Origin: an uncultured Chlamydiales bacterium
GTDB lineage: Bacteria; Chlamydiota; Chlamydiia; Chlamydiales; JAAKFR01
Direction: 5' to 3'
DNA length: 64,000 nucleotides
Assembly: GCA_963699155.1 (NCBI GenBank)
Contig: OY969414.1
Coordinates: forward strand, 1,163,757-1,227,756
Part shown: positions 52,656 to 62,949 of the stretch, one piece after another
How positions within the stretch are numbered: position 1 is the first letter of the stretch
How the letters are laid out: each line of letters starts with the position of its first letter
Notes under the pieces: generated by a model
What the model was told of the DNA's origin: nothing
Seen by the model: only the letters and a program-made list of their open reading frames with translations
Databases searched by the model: none
Translations under genes and position numbers: made by a program

Positions 52656-53948
52656 CTAGGGTGATAGAGAAGTGACAAGTTGCTGATATCTATGGCCTGG
52701 CACTTCTTGAGGCAGACTCATGAATGTAAGGAAGGTAATTTTACCAGGATAAGGCAGGTTAGCCTGTTCAATAGCTCTGCGTAATACTCTGTCTAAGCAG
52801 CTTTGTGGAGCTAAAAAGAAAAGCGAGGATTTGGGCTGGCCGAGTAATTGGAGATAATCATGTAAGAAAAAGGAAATGGGTGCTTCTTTTTTTCCAAATG
52901 ATGTGAGTAAGGATAACGCAGGAAGTGGTTGAGATGGTGATAAATCAGATAAGGATAATTCACGTATTTGATTGATTTCTGAAGTTATGCGAGAAAAAGC
53001 ACAGGTCAAACATATCCATAGCAAACCGAGCGCCTGAGCTGCATTTCTTTGAGCATCCCTTCTCCCTGTTAAAACTATTGAGATCAGGTTTTGAATGATC
53101 TTGACAACGCTAAATTGATCAATGGGATATTTTTGTGGTTTCACAAGACGAATCAGGCAATTGCCTTGCACATTCTTCTCAAGAGGGAGTATGTTATTTA
53201 AATGGTGTAAATCTTTATAATTTAGTTCATTACGAATGAAGTTTGCAAAACTGTTGAGGGATTCCCACCATTTTCCATCTTTCTCCTTGGGTAAAATCTC
53301 ATGAGATAGTTGTTGCAAATACTCAAGTAAATCGATCCCCTTACGCGGATAAGAAATAATGTCGTATCGAATTTTGAGATCATCTGCTTGCTCGAACCAT
53401 TTCTCATACCACTTAGCTGCAGATTCTAAAAAGAGAGGCGGTATTTGATCTTCTAACGTTTCGGCAGGGAACATGTCGTTCAAATAGCCTTGCGCATCTC
53501 TATCAAGGTGTTGGCGAATAAAATTCACAAAACTATTTACGGATTCATACCACTGTTCATCTCTATTTTTAGATAAAAATTCATAGGATAACCGTTGCAA
53601 ATACTCAAGCAAGGTAGTTTCTGCATTATCTTTGCAAGAGCGAGAAGTTATATTTAATTGACTTTTAGGATCATGTGCATGATTGCGCCATTCTTCATGC
53701 CATCTTGTAGCAGATTCTAAAAAGAGAGGCGGTATGCGCCTCTCTATTTTTGCCTTTGTCATCAAAGGCAGATAATGATCTGTGGCAAACATCCAACAGC
53801 GAGCTTGTTCTATTTCAGAGAAATTAACCCCTGATCCAAGCTCAGGGGAGATGGAGCCATCAGGATGGCCCATTGTGTTTATTCGGAAAGCGATTTTGGC
53901 TTGTAAATTTTTGAGAACTGCTTTGATTGGAGTGATGTTGTAGCTCAT
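52656..53948 (-). CDS. Hypothetical protein with an internal ~97-aa duplication, coupled to the integrase gene
   Basis: IPPLFLESA..LLEYLQ.LS..W.ES.NSF.NFIR occurs twice; start overlaps the integrase stop. Confidence 0.7.
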   Translation of the reverse strand: MSYNITPIKAVLKNLQAKIAFRINTMGHPDGSISPELGSGVNFSEIEQARCWMFATDHYLPLMTKAKIERRIPPLFLESATRWHEEWRNHAHDPKSQLNITSRSCKDNAETTLLEYLQRLSYEFLSKNRDEQWYESVNSFVNFIRQHLDRDAQGYLNDMFPAETLEDQIPPLFLESAAKWYEKWFEQADDLKIRYDIISYPRKGIDLLEYLQQLSHEILPKEKDGKWWESLNSFANFIRNELNYKDLHHLNNILPLEKNVQGNCLIRLVKPQKYPIDQFSVVKIIQNLISIVLTGRRDAQRNAAQALGLLWICLTCAFSRITSEINQIRELSLSDLSPSQPLPALSLLTSFGKKEAPISFFLHDYLQLLGQPKSSLFFLAPQSCLDRVLRRAIEQANLPYPGKITFLTFMSLPQEVPGHRYQQLVTSLSP

Positions 53949-55019
53949 TCGGCTTGCTCCAAAATTCGAGAAGAAGCTTCTTCGCTAAGATGGCGCACAT
54001 CTCGTACATCAAGATGTGTATAAACTTCAAGCATTTGGATCGTTTTATGACCAAGTGCAGTTTTTAATTGAAGACTATTGGCTCCAGATTTTGCTGCTGC
54101 AGTTGTAAAATGATGTCGTGTTCCATGAAATACAAAATTTTCGATATCGGCTTGTTTTAAGGCAGTTTTCCATGCTTTACTGATATCAATCTTCCCAAAA
54201 GCGGTTTTGCTTGCAAAAACTAAAGGTTTTGAGGGGTCGCGGTTTTGGTAAATGGATTTCAGCTCTTGAACAACAACATCTACCAGGGGCACACTGCGTG
54301 CTTCCCCATTTTTAGTTTCGGTGAAATGTGCCACTTTGTTTTGAAGATCGACTTGATCCCAAGATAATCCTAAAATTTCGCCCTTGCGAGCACCTGTAGT
54401 CAAGGAGAAGAGAACAATGCAATAAAGATAAGGATTTTTACTGTTACGGCAAGCTTCAAGCAACCTCTGGACTTCATTGTTTATCAATGGACGTCGTTTT
54501 TTTGTAAATTCTTTTAGCTTTATTAGGTTAGAACAAGGGTTTTCATCGATCCATCGCAATTGACGGCATCCATAAGTCAATGCTCCTGAAAGTGAAGCAA
54601 TGTATCGGTTTACTGTAGACGCTGTGCGCCCTTTTCCTTTTGGTGTTGGTGTACTGAGGAGCAGTTGTCTTTCTTCAGTTAGCCGCTCTGGAGTCACATG
54701 GAAGAGGAAGTAAGTACCAAGTCGTTTTTTCCAGTAATTGAGGTGACGTAGTGTATCTTTTGACGAGCTATGGTGTTCTAAGGTTCCACTGGTGATATAG
54801 CGATCGACTAGATCGCCAAAGGTATTCTTTTGTTTGTATCTTTTGAAATTGAAACGCCCATTTCTAATCTCAAGCTTCTGTTTCTGCCGCCCAATCCCTA
54901 GCTTCTTCTATGCGATCGACAATTTTGCAAACGGTATCATGCCCTTTGATGCGAATCAGTACTTTCCAACCAGGAAGTGTTTTGCCATTTTTATCTTTTC
55001 TTCTAGTAATGGTTGCCAT
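53945..55019 (-). pseudogene. int: Tyrosine integrase with a frameshift after ~48 codons
   Basis: TGARKGE, TKNG, FHGTRH, LGHK, VYTH; N-terminus MATITRRKDK.. from 55019 is out of frame near 54875. Confidence 0.88.
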
Positions 55020-55089
55020 AACTCAAACCTCATTTTGTTAATTGATTTGAGCGGCCGAAAATGCTGGATAGTGCTGGTTAGATTTTTTT

Positions 55090-55112
55090 TCACTGTACCG
55101 CATTTGTACCGC
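55090..55112 (+). promoter_or_regulatory. Candidate integrase arm-type site (tandem TGTACCGC)
   Basis: TCACTGTACCGCATTTGTACCGC, matches 25418-25440. Confidence 0.7.
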
Positions 55113-55192
55113 AAGACTGAAAACTAGCGAGTTACACTAATTTTTTCAATCTCAATCTTGCTCACAGATGCTCGTCAGTGCTGGATAAAGGT

Positions 55193-55265
55193 TGGGGCAA
55201 CCTGGATTTGAACCAGGGACCGACGGGTTATGAGTCCGCTGCTCTAACCGCTGAGCTATTGCCCC
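55193..55265 (-). tRNA. tRNA with CAT anticodon (Ile2-like, or Met); no encoded CCA; integration site
   Basis: GGGGCAA/TTGCCCC acceptor stem, TAGCTCAGCGGTTAGAGC D-arm, CT-CAT-AA loop, GGTTCAAATCC T-arm. Confidence 0.93.
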
Positions 55266-55338
55266 GGAGGGGACATGGTAGCGGGGGGCTGTTTTTTTGT
55301 GGAGAAAAAGAGCGGTGGGACGATATAACTCGTTTTTT

Positions 55339-56577
55339 ATGAGACATTGGTTACTTGGTTCTGTGATTTTTTGGTGCGCGGTGGTGGTGGCCGAGGATTG
55401 TAGTGTCTCCAATTATTATTGTAATGATGCGATACCGAGGACAAGAGCTGATAATATTCCGCAAACTCATCTGATCGATATGAGCGACGAGTACCTGACG
55501 GGGTATATCCAGGCTCTCGTCGATATGAATTACTATGAGTTTGAGGTGAGTACCATTGTCAGTGGGGGAGTCGTCTATGTCTTCAATCTGCCGTACAATG
55601 AGGTGATCGCTAATAGTATCTTGTGCTTTATCTATGACATCCCCGGTGTGAGCTCTATCCAGAGAGTCAACTGCCCTCCTGACGATTTCATCTGCGCTCT
55701 GGAAGAATATAACCCTCAAGCTGCACAAAATATCGCGGACTCTCAATCCTATTTGGCCATGTGCGAAAATCCAGCCGATAGTTGCTCGATTCGGGGAATT
55801 TGGTTTCCCCAAAACACAGTGCTCTTTCAGCCGCTCGTCGCCGATCCCAGGCAAGTCACCAATGGTGCTGCGCTACGCTTCAATGACCGTGTCATTGGGA
55901 AACATGTAGGAGCGGTCTTTTTTGGGGATGACTTCATCTTTCTGCGCTTGAAAGATATCTTGTACTGGCGTGGGGACATGGATTTGGGAATTGAGGCGGG
56001 GATTTTTTCTACTTTCCATCTTGATAAACCGAAAGCGTGCATGTTCAACACCGACTTCTATGTAGCAGCGCTGGTCACTTATGCGTTTGACCGCTGGTCT
56101 TTCCGCTTCAGACTCTGGCACCTCTCCTCTCACATCGGTGATGAGTTTCTCATCGCCAATCCTGGTTTCGACCGTCGTAACTTGAGCGATGAAGGGGTCG
56201 ATTTCTTCGCCTCCTATCAGTGGGGCCAAGCGATCCGCCTCTATGCCGGTATCGGAGATATTTTTGACCGTGACAAGGAATTCCCCGAACACCCCTTTTA
56301 CTTGGAGTGGGGTGCTGAAATCCGGGTCTTTGGGGGTAGGGATTGTTTCAATAAACTCTACTTCCAACCCTTCTTGGCCATGCACTTCAGGGCATGGGAA
56401 GAGCACCACTACGATCTCGATCAAAACTATGCGCTGGGCGTGGAGTGGAGCAAAATTCAGGGGATTGGCCGGCGCCTGCGTCTCTTCGTCGAGTACCACA
56501 ATGGCTTCAGCAAAGAAGGACAGTTCTGTAAAGAAAGATGTAGCTACATCGCTCTGAAGACGACCTATGGCTTCTGA
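55339..56577 (+). CDS. DUF1207-like chlamydial exported protein
   Basis: Signal peptide; LFQPLVADPRQ, RLWHLSSHIGDEF; terminal Phe. Confidence 0.75.
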   Translation: MRHWLLGSVIFWCAVVVAEDCSVSNYYCNDAIPRTRADNIPQTHLIDMSDEYLTGYIQALVDMNYYEFEVSTIVSGGVVYVFNLPYNEVIANSILCFIYDIPGVSSIQRVNCPPDDFICALEEYNPQAAQNIADSQSYLAMCENPADSCSIRGIWFPQNTVLFQPLVADPRQVTNGAALRFNDRVIGKHVGAVFFGDDFIFLRLKDILYWRGDMDLGIEAGIFSTFHLDKPKACMFNTDFYVAALVTYAFDRWSFRFRLWHLSSHIGDEFLIANPGFDRRNLSDEGVDFFASYQWGQAIRLYAGIGDIFDRDKEFPEHPFYLEWGAEIRVFGGRDCFNKLYFQPFLAMHFRAWEEHHYDLDQNYALGVEWSKIQGIGRRLRLFVEYHNGFSKEGQFCKERCSYIALKTTYGF

Positions 56578-56580
56578 TGA

Positions 56581-58695
56581 TTACTCTACAATCACAAAGC
56601 CATCTGGATAAATCGGACCCGAACTGCCGATCTGCAGTTTTCCGTTGAAGAAGTCGCTGTAGATACGTAAGCCCTGTTCGGCATTTTGGATACAAAATAA
56701 ACTGTTGCTGACCCATTCCGAACCCTTGATGGTCCCTGCACGGAGATTGCATTGGAAACGATGGGTGATTTTCTCCTTCCAGTAGGCGGGATCGCCAAAA
56801 AGGATAATGGGGCCAAAGGGTCTGCTACCCACTTTGTGGCGTACCTCTTCTAGGGCAAATTCAAAATCGGTGCCGATGCCGCCCATCACAAAGATGGGAA
56901 AGTCGAGATAGAACTCCGCCTGCCTCTCGACGAGCTGATCAAGTCGATAGGTCATCTTGGCTTCGACGTAAGGATTTTGCCTCTGCTCGTTGACCACCAT
57001 GTCGGGGCGAAGTTGGAAATCGACGATATTGGCGCAGGAGAGGATTCCTACCTCTTTAGCCATTCGATTGCCCATCTCCATCGCTCCCGGCCCTCCTCCT
57101 GTCACCAGAGCGAGCGGGGTATTTTTGCCGAGTAATGGGTGATCGACATTTTTTCTTATGTCGAGCATCCCTTGCAGCAGCTTCTTCAGCTCGATTTCAA
57201 AATTGCCTTGCATCAGATTAGAGCCATAGACGCCGAAGAAGGAGGCTTTCTCGAAAACGTCGATCTTATTCAAGGGGACAAACATCCCTGAGGTCTTGCT
57301 AGGACGTTGGATATACTGAAGAATCTGCCCACTCGTCTCATCAGCCCAATAGACAGGGATTCCAAAGGTGACCAGGTCGAGCAGCATGGCGCGGTCTTCT
57401 TGCGAAAAGTAGTAGCCATGGGAGCGTGAAGGAACCTGAAAGTAGAGTCCCATCAAATTGGATTGGACATAATAAGAGAGCAGCATCCGCTTCATCAATG
57501 GCGAGGGAAAATAACGTGTAAACAGAACACCTTGGCTGGTGATCAAACCGCTTTCAATCGCTTTGAGGAATGGGTAACAGGGCTGTTGTTCGATGTAGCG
57601 CTCCACCATGAGCGATTGTCTCACTTTATGGACAATTCCTGGAAAAGGTTGCTGTGGAGGATTGCGGAGGATCCAATCATTGGCAGAGAGAGCCTTCATT
57701 TGGCTCCCTTTGACGATGAAAGTGGCTGCCCGATCTCCAAGCGGTTCTGGAGCTGTTTTGAAGGCATCGAAAATTGCTTGAGGCTTTTCTAGATAGATCT
57801 GGAGCTGATCGCGGTCGGAGAAGAAAACATGCTCACGATGTGGCTCAAGAGTATAAAACTCCAAGGGAATATCGTAGATCTCTTTATCGCTCTTGCCAAA
57901 GAGCTCATAGATATCTCCTGAAGCCTGCGTATCGGGTTGAAGAACGCTGGCAGTCGTGTGTTGATATCCTTTAGGAAGCAGATCAGTCGCCACCCTTGCG
58001 AAAGCTGTGCGGATATGGAGAGGCGCCGAACAGACAAGCAAAATGTCATCAGGAGTGACCATGCGCGGCACATTGGGAACCCATCTTTGATGCAAGCGTA
58101 AGAGGTCTCGAAGGGCCATTTTTGTTTTGAGGGCGCGGCTGATGGTGGGAAGAAACGAATGGATCGAGGACTCAAACTGCATGACTCCCTCACGCAAGCC
58201 CAAAAAGGCGACACTCTTACCATCGATCACTTCGAGTGTCAGCTGCTCACTTCCATGCAACCCTCCAAGAGAGAGCAGGGGACGTCCTTCACGGTCTGAT
58301 CGACCAAACATCCGTGTGAGATAATCAGGGCTTCTCACACGTCTGCGCTCATCGGCAGCAAAGAGTTTTCCGATAAAGGCGCCCGGCGTCAGCAAAGGGA
58401 GCATCTCGCGAGCGAGCGCACCGATCGAGGAAATTTCCACCTTCACATGGGCGCATCCTTTCTCACGGTCAAGGATAATTTCTTTGCCCACGCCATTAAG
58501 GCCCAATTGTGCCAAGAGACTTTTGAAGTTGAACATCACTTGACCAGGATCGATCTGAAACCCGACAAAAACGGGCGAGATATTTTCAATGAGCAGCTCA
58601 GCAACAGAGTGAGTCTCGCTGATGGAAGAAATTTTTTCGATTCTTCCATCAGGAGTGACGAGATCGAAATGTCCGGGATAGAGAAAGCTTGTCAT
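56581..58695 (-). CDS. Conserved chlamydial protein with a C-terminal LOG/lysine-decarboxylase-like domain
   Basis: TGGGPGAME, GGIGTDFE. Confidence 0.8.
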   Translation of the reverse strand: MTSFLYPGHFDLVTPDGRIEKISSISETHSVAELLIENISPVFVGFQIDPGQVMFNFKSLLAQLGLNGVGKEIILDREKGCAHVKVEISSIGALAREMLPLLTPGAFIGKLFAADERRRVRSPDYLTRMFGRSDREGRPLLSLGGLHGSEQLTLEVIDGKSVAFLGLREGVMQFESSIHSFLPTISRALKTKMALRDLLRLHQRWVPNVPRMVTPDDILLVCSAPLHIRTAFARVATDLLPKGYQHTTASVLQPDTQASGDIYELFGKSDKEIYDIPLEFYTLEPHREHVFFSDRDQLQIYLEKPQAIFDAFKTAPEPLGDRAATFIVKGSQMKALSANDWILRNPPQQPFPGIVHKVRQSLMVERYIEQQPCYPFLKAIESGLITSQGVLFTRYFPSPLMKRMLLSYYVQSNLMGLYFQVPSRSHGYYFSQEDRAMLLDLVTFGIPVYWADETSGQILQYIQRPSKTSGMFVPLNKIDVFEKASFFGVYGSNLMQGNFEIELKKLLQGMLDIRKNVDHPLLGKNTPLALVTGGGPGAMEMGNRMAKEVGILSCANIVDFQLRPDMVVNEQRQNPYVEAKMTYRLDQLVERQAEFYLDFPIFVMGGIGTDFEFALEEVRHKVGSRPFGPIILFGDPAYWKEKITHRFQCNLRAGTIKGSEWVSNSLFCIQNAEQGLRIYSDFFNGKLQIGSSGPIYPDGFVIVE

Positions 58696-58783
58696 GATTA
58701 TGTTAATTTATCTACTTGTTTAATAATCTAAACTGGTTAAAACTGGTAGGTTATTTTTAACTCGACTTTGAAGGGATGCACCG

Positions 58784-59677
58784 ATGAAATATCCTCGCAG
58801 AGTGGGAGTCCATGATGGCACCTTTCATGCTGATGAAGTCACGGCATGCGCTCTCCTGATTGTCTTTAACTTCGTTGATATCGATAAAATTGTCCGCACA
58901 AGAAACAGTGCCCTACTCACAGAGTGTGAATATGTCTGTGATGTCGGAGGGGTCTACGCACCTTCAGAGAAGCTCTTTGATCACCATCAAGCGAGCTATC
59001 AGGGAGAATTGAGTAGCGCTGGGATGATCCTCGAATATCTCAAAAGTCGGGGGGTAGTGAGTAATGAGGAGTTTCATTTCTTCAACAACTCCCTGGTGAT
59101 CGGAGTTGATGCCCACGATAATGGCCGGGCGCCTCAACTTCCTGGCTTCTGCACCTTTTCCCATATCATCGCTAACTATAACCCTACCTCCTACGAGGCT
59201 TCAGAGGAAGATTTTAATAGATGTTTTCAGGAAGCTCTCCACTTTACCGTCGGTCATCTCAAGCGCCTATATGAGCGCTATCTCTACAACCGCGAATGCC
59301 GCAAGATGGTGAAAGCGGCGATGGAAACAAAAGGTCCTTGTCTCTTTTTTGACCGTCCCATCTCCTGGATCGAGAGTTTCTTCTCACTGAATGGTAAGGA
59401 TCATCCTGCATTTTTTGTCTTGATGCCAGCTAAACAACATTGGAAGTTGAGAGGGATCCCGCCCGATTATGAACGGAGGATGCAAGTCCGTCTCCCACTG
59501 CCCGAAGAGTGGGCTGGTTTACTCGGCGATGAATTAAAAAAAGTCTCTGGTATTTCAGGTGCCATTTTTTGTCATAAGGGCCGTTTTACCTCGGTCTGGG
59601 AAACAAAAGAGGATGCGCTGAAAGCCTTGAAATATGTGTTGAAAAAGGAGGGCATTCACTATGAAGACACTCTTTGA
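58784..59677 (+). CDS. MYG1/UPF0160 family protein
   Basis: HDGTFHADE, DVGG, FDHHQ, LSSAG, FCHKGRF. Confidence 0.9.
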   Translation: MKYPRRVGVHDGTFHADEVTACALLIVFNFVDIDKIVRTRNSALLTECEYVCDVGGVYAPSEKLFDHHQASYQGELSSAGMILEYLKSRGVVSNEEFHFFNNSLVIGVDAHDNGRAPQLPGFCTFSHIIANYNPTSYEASEEDFNRCFQEALHFTVGHLKRLYERYLYNRECRKMVKAAMETKGPCLFFDRPISWIESFFSLNGKDHPAFFVLMPAKQHWKLRGIPPDYERRMQVRLPLPEEWAGLLGDELKKVSGISGAIFCHKGRFTSVWETKEDALKALKYVLKKEGIHYEDTL

Positions 59678-59999
59678 AAAAATTATCGACAGGGAACTAC
59701 CCGGTGAGATTGTCTACGAAGACAAGAACATCATTGCCATCAAAGACAAATATCCAAAAGCGCCCGTACATCTCCTCATTGTTCCACGCAAGGTGATCGA
59801 GGATCTGCAATCGCTTCAGGATAAAGATCTGCCTCTGCTCATGGAAATTGTCAAGGTGGCGCAAAAGCTGGCGAAGGAGTTTCAGGTGGATGAAGAGGGG
59901 TATCGGCTCCTCGTTAATAATGGACCTAATGCTGGTCAGTCGATTCCCCACCTCCATTTTCACCTGCTGGGAGGACGGCCGCTAGGGCCGATGGGGTGA
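59661..59999 (+). CDS. HIT-family nucleotide hydrolase
   Basis: GQSIPHLHFHLLGG. Confidence 0.92.
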   Translation: MKTLFEKIIDRELPGEIVYEDKNIIAIKDKYPKAPVHLLIVPRKVIEDLQSLQDKDLPLLMEIVKVAQKLAKEFQVDEEGYRLLVNNGPNAGQSIPHLHFHLLGGRPLGPMG

Positions 60000-61705
60000 T
60001 GCGAGGCCTTTTTATATTCTCTCTACTGCTGCCGATATTGCTCTGGAGCTCTCCTGTCGATGTGGCGCGTCGCGTCCAGGCCCATCTTCTGATCGGCGAT
60101 ACCAAAGCAGCTTTGAAAGAGGGGAGAGCGGCGGTCGCAGAATACCCTGAGGAGCCATTGGTCTATGCATGGGCGATACGGAGTCTTGCGGCTGCAGGTG
60201 AAGATAGTGAGATGATGGCTCTCTGGGAAAAAATGCATCTCTCTTATGAAAAAGAGGCGCTTGACCAGGATCTCCTCGAAGAGATGTGCTGGGGCATCCT
60301 GAAAAAGGGGAGGAGTGCCCCCGGGCTCTCTTCCCAAATGATCTCTCTGATCGGTGCCGCACTAGGCCAAGATATCAGGGCCCTCCCTTTTTTATTGATG
60401 GGACTCCGCCACACGAATGTCCACCTTAGAGAAGTGGCTGCCGAACTGAGTGCCCACTATGGAGATCAACCGCTTAGAGAAGAGATCGCGCGGATGGTAC
60501 GCGAAGAGACAGTTCTCGATGTGCGTGTGGAGGTGATTAGAGCTGTCGGTCAGCTGCATATGGAAGAGCTCCTTCCCCAGTTGATCCACTCTGTCGCCAA
60601 TCCGAAAACGGGACCGAGAGAAAAACTGGCAGCGATCGAGGCCATCATTCAGATGATGGATAAAATTGGAGCTGATGAGCTCAACCACTTGGCGACCTCT
60701 TCGAGGGCCGGTTTGCGCCAGCTGGCCTGCGAAGTGATCGCCCACTGCGATGCGAAAGAAGAGATCACTCTCCTGAGGCCCCTCCTGACAGACCCCCATC
60801 CTGACGTCTCTGCGGCTGCGATCCATACCTGGGGACTCCTTAGAGAGCCTGTCAATGAGGAGATTCAACAGTTAGCAACAAGAGCTGTCGATCCGAATGT
60901 CGGTATCACAGCGAGCTGGTGCTGGCTGATCGACAAGCCCCAGGAGGCAGAATCTGCCATGGAAAAGTGGCTCACCCACTCTCAAGCAAAAGTGCGGGCT
61001 TTAGCAGCCGGGGCTGTTGCGGCTGCAGGCCCCTACGGTGTGCCACTTGCGATGCGCTTCCTAAAAGAATCGCAGGATTCTTATGTCCGCCTCAATCTAG
61101 CGATCGGTTTAGCCGGTCAGCGCCTTTCGATTCCTGACGTTTGCACAGTACTCGATGATGCCCTGAAAAATCACAAAGAGCGTTGGATGCTTTCCGAAAA
61201 TGGGATTTTTCATACCCTCGAAAAGAGCAGCATCAGCCATAGCCCCAAAGGTCCCAATTATCCCGAAGTGGTCAATCAGTCGGTGCGTCTCGAACTTCTC
61301 AATCTCCTCGCCATTCTGGAGTATCCTTCTGCCCTTGAAACCATCAAACAGTTTCTCAAAGAGCGCAAGTGGGGGTTAACCGGTCTTGCAGCAGAGTCAC
61401 TGTTAGGTGAAGGGGATGAAACAGCTATCGATCTCGTCCGAGAACTTTTGAAAGATCCCGATAGAGAGATCCGCATAGAAGCGGCACTCGTTTTAGCCAG
61501 TTGGGCCAAGGATAACTCTGCCCTTCCCATCCTTATGGAGGCCTACCCCAAATCGGATCGCCAATTGCAGCTCAAAATCTTAGAATCATTAGGCCGCATC
61601 GGGGACAAGGTCAGCCTTCCCTTTTTAATCGAAAGGCTTAAAGAACCCTCTCTGATGATCCGTATGGTCGCCGCCTGCGTCTTGATTCAAACATTAAATC
61701 ACTAA
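59996..61705 (+). CDS. HEAT-repeat protein with signal peptide
   Basis: Repeated LL.D...VR..AA..L units. Confidence 0.8.
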   Translation: MMRGLFIFSLLLPILLWSSPVDVARRVQAHLLIGDTKAALKEGRAAVAEYPEEPLVYAWAIRSLAAAGEDSEMMALWEKMHLSYEKEALDQDLLEEMCWGILKKGRSAPGLSSQMISLIGAALGQDIRALPFLLMGLRHTNVHLREVAAELSAHYGDQPLREEIARMVREETVLDVRVEVIRAVGQLHMEELLPQLIHSVANPKTGPREKLAAIEAIIQMMDKIGADELNHLATSSRAGLRQLACEVIAHCDAKEEITLLRPLLTDPHPDVSAAAIHTWGLLREPVNEEIQQLATRAVDPNVGITASWCWLIDKPQEAESAMEKWLTHSQAKVRALAAGAVAAAGPYGVPLAMRFLKESQDSYVRLNLAIGLAGQRLSIPDVCTVLDDALKNHKERWMLSENGIFHTLEKSSISHSPKGPNYPEVVNQSVRLELLNLLAILEYPSALETIKQFLKERKWGLTGLAAESLLGEGDETAIDLVRELLKDPDREIRIEAALVLASWAKDNSALPILMEAYPKSDRQLQLKILESLGRIGDKVSLPFLIERLKEPSLMIRMVAACVLIQTLNH

Positions 61706-61736
61706 AAGGTTTAAAAAATTCTACTGATTTGCCATC

Positions 61737-62936
61737 TTGGCGTTTATGGCTTGGGATTCCAAGATTGCAGACATTCAGCGTTTACTTGCCGAGCAAAAGG
61801 TCGATGGCTGGCTGCTTTATGACTATCATGGCTCCAACCGTTTTGCGCGGCAGATCCTCTCTATCCCAGCGCATCAGGTTCTGACACGTCCTTTCTTTTA
61901 CTGGATTCCCCGAGAGGGCACCCCTCATAAAATTGTCCACCATATCGAAGCGGATTCTCTCTCGCATCTGCCGGGCACGACCCTGCTCTACCTCTCGCGT
62001 ACAGAACTGGAGAAAAAGCTGAGCGAGCTGCTGAGCGGCGTGAAGAGTCTCTTGATGGAATATTCTCCGCGTGCTCTCAACCCCAATACCTCTGTTGTCG
62101 ATGCGGGGAGTGTGGAAATGGTGCGTGAGATGGGTGTCGAGGTGAGAAGCTCTGCCGATCTACTGCAGCAGTTTACAAGCGTCTTGACTGAAGAGCAGAT
62201 TCAGACCCATTTAGAGGCTGCAAGGGTTCTCATCGCCACTGTGGCAAAGGCTTGGGATCTGATCGTTGAATGCCTCCGCCACGATCAGATCATTACCGAA
62301 TATGAGGTACAGCAATGGATTTTGAGCGAATTTGCCGCCCAAAAGTGCCTCACAGAGGAGGGGCCGATCTGTGCCGTCAATGTCCATACCGCCCAGCCCC
62401 ACTACTCAGCAACCAGAGAAAGTGCTCTCAGAATCACACAAGGAGATTTTATCCTCATCGATCTCTGGTGTAAAAGGGATCTCCCGGATGCCATCTATGC
62501 CGATATCACCCGTGTGGGGGTTGCAGCAGCAGAGCCTACGCCTCGTCAACAACAGATCTTTGATATCGTAAAAAATGCGCAACAAAAAGGGATCGACTTT
62601 GTGCGGAGCAAAATAGCGGCAAAAGAGCAGTTACGCGGCTCTGATGTCGATGATGTCTGTCGCCAAACGATCCAGGAGGCTGGCTTTGGGCCCTATTTTA
62701 CCCATCGCACCGGTCACAATATCGACAGGCAAGTTCATGGCGCGGGAGCCAATCTAGACAATTTAGAGACCAGAGATCACCGCCCCCTTTTGCCCAATAT
62801 GTGTTTTTCGATAGAGCCTGGCATCTATCTGCCAGGGGAATTTGGGATTCGTTTGGAATCCGATCTGCTCATCTTACAGGGTGGCTCTGTCCAAGTGACG
62901 GGTGGGCAGGAAGAGAATATTATTTGTTTGTTGTAG
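61737..62936 (+). CDS. M24 Xaa-Pro aminopeptidase family protein
   Basis: LIDLW, YADITR, HRTGH, FSIEPGIY, GIRLE. Confidence 0.9.
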   Translation: MAFMAWDSKIADIQRLLAEQKVDGWLLYDYHGSNRFARQILSIPAHQVLTRPFFYWIPREGTPHKIVHHIEADSLSHLPGTTLLYLSRTELEKKLSELLSGVKSLLMEYSPRALNPNTSVVDAGSVEMVREMGVEVRSSADLLQQFTSVLTEEQIQTHLEAARVLIATVAKAWDLIVECLRHDQIITEYEVQQWILSEFAAQKCLTEEGPICAVNVHTAQPHYSATRESALRITQGDFILIDLWCKRDLPDAIYADITRVGVAAAEPTPRQQQIFDIVKNAQQKGIDFVRSKIAAKEQLRGSDVDDVCRQTIQEAGFGPYFTHRTGHNIDRQVHGAGANLDNLETRDHRPLLPNMCFSIEPGIYLPGEFGIRLESDLLILQGGSVQVTGGQEENIICLL

Positions 62937-62949
62937 TTGAGGTTAGATA

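Larger units (their letters stand above)
25262..55234. mobile_element. ~30-kb tRNA-integrated phage-related island (satellite-like or defective prophage)
   Basis: att direct repeats; integrase next to the tRNA; primase/helicase, terminase and recombination genes. Confidence 0.9.

Noticed and set aside
55351..62571. Numerous antisense or overlapping ORFs in the track
   Set aside because: Shadows of long motif-bearing genes on the other strand or frame, with no independent motifs.
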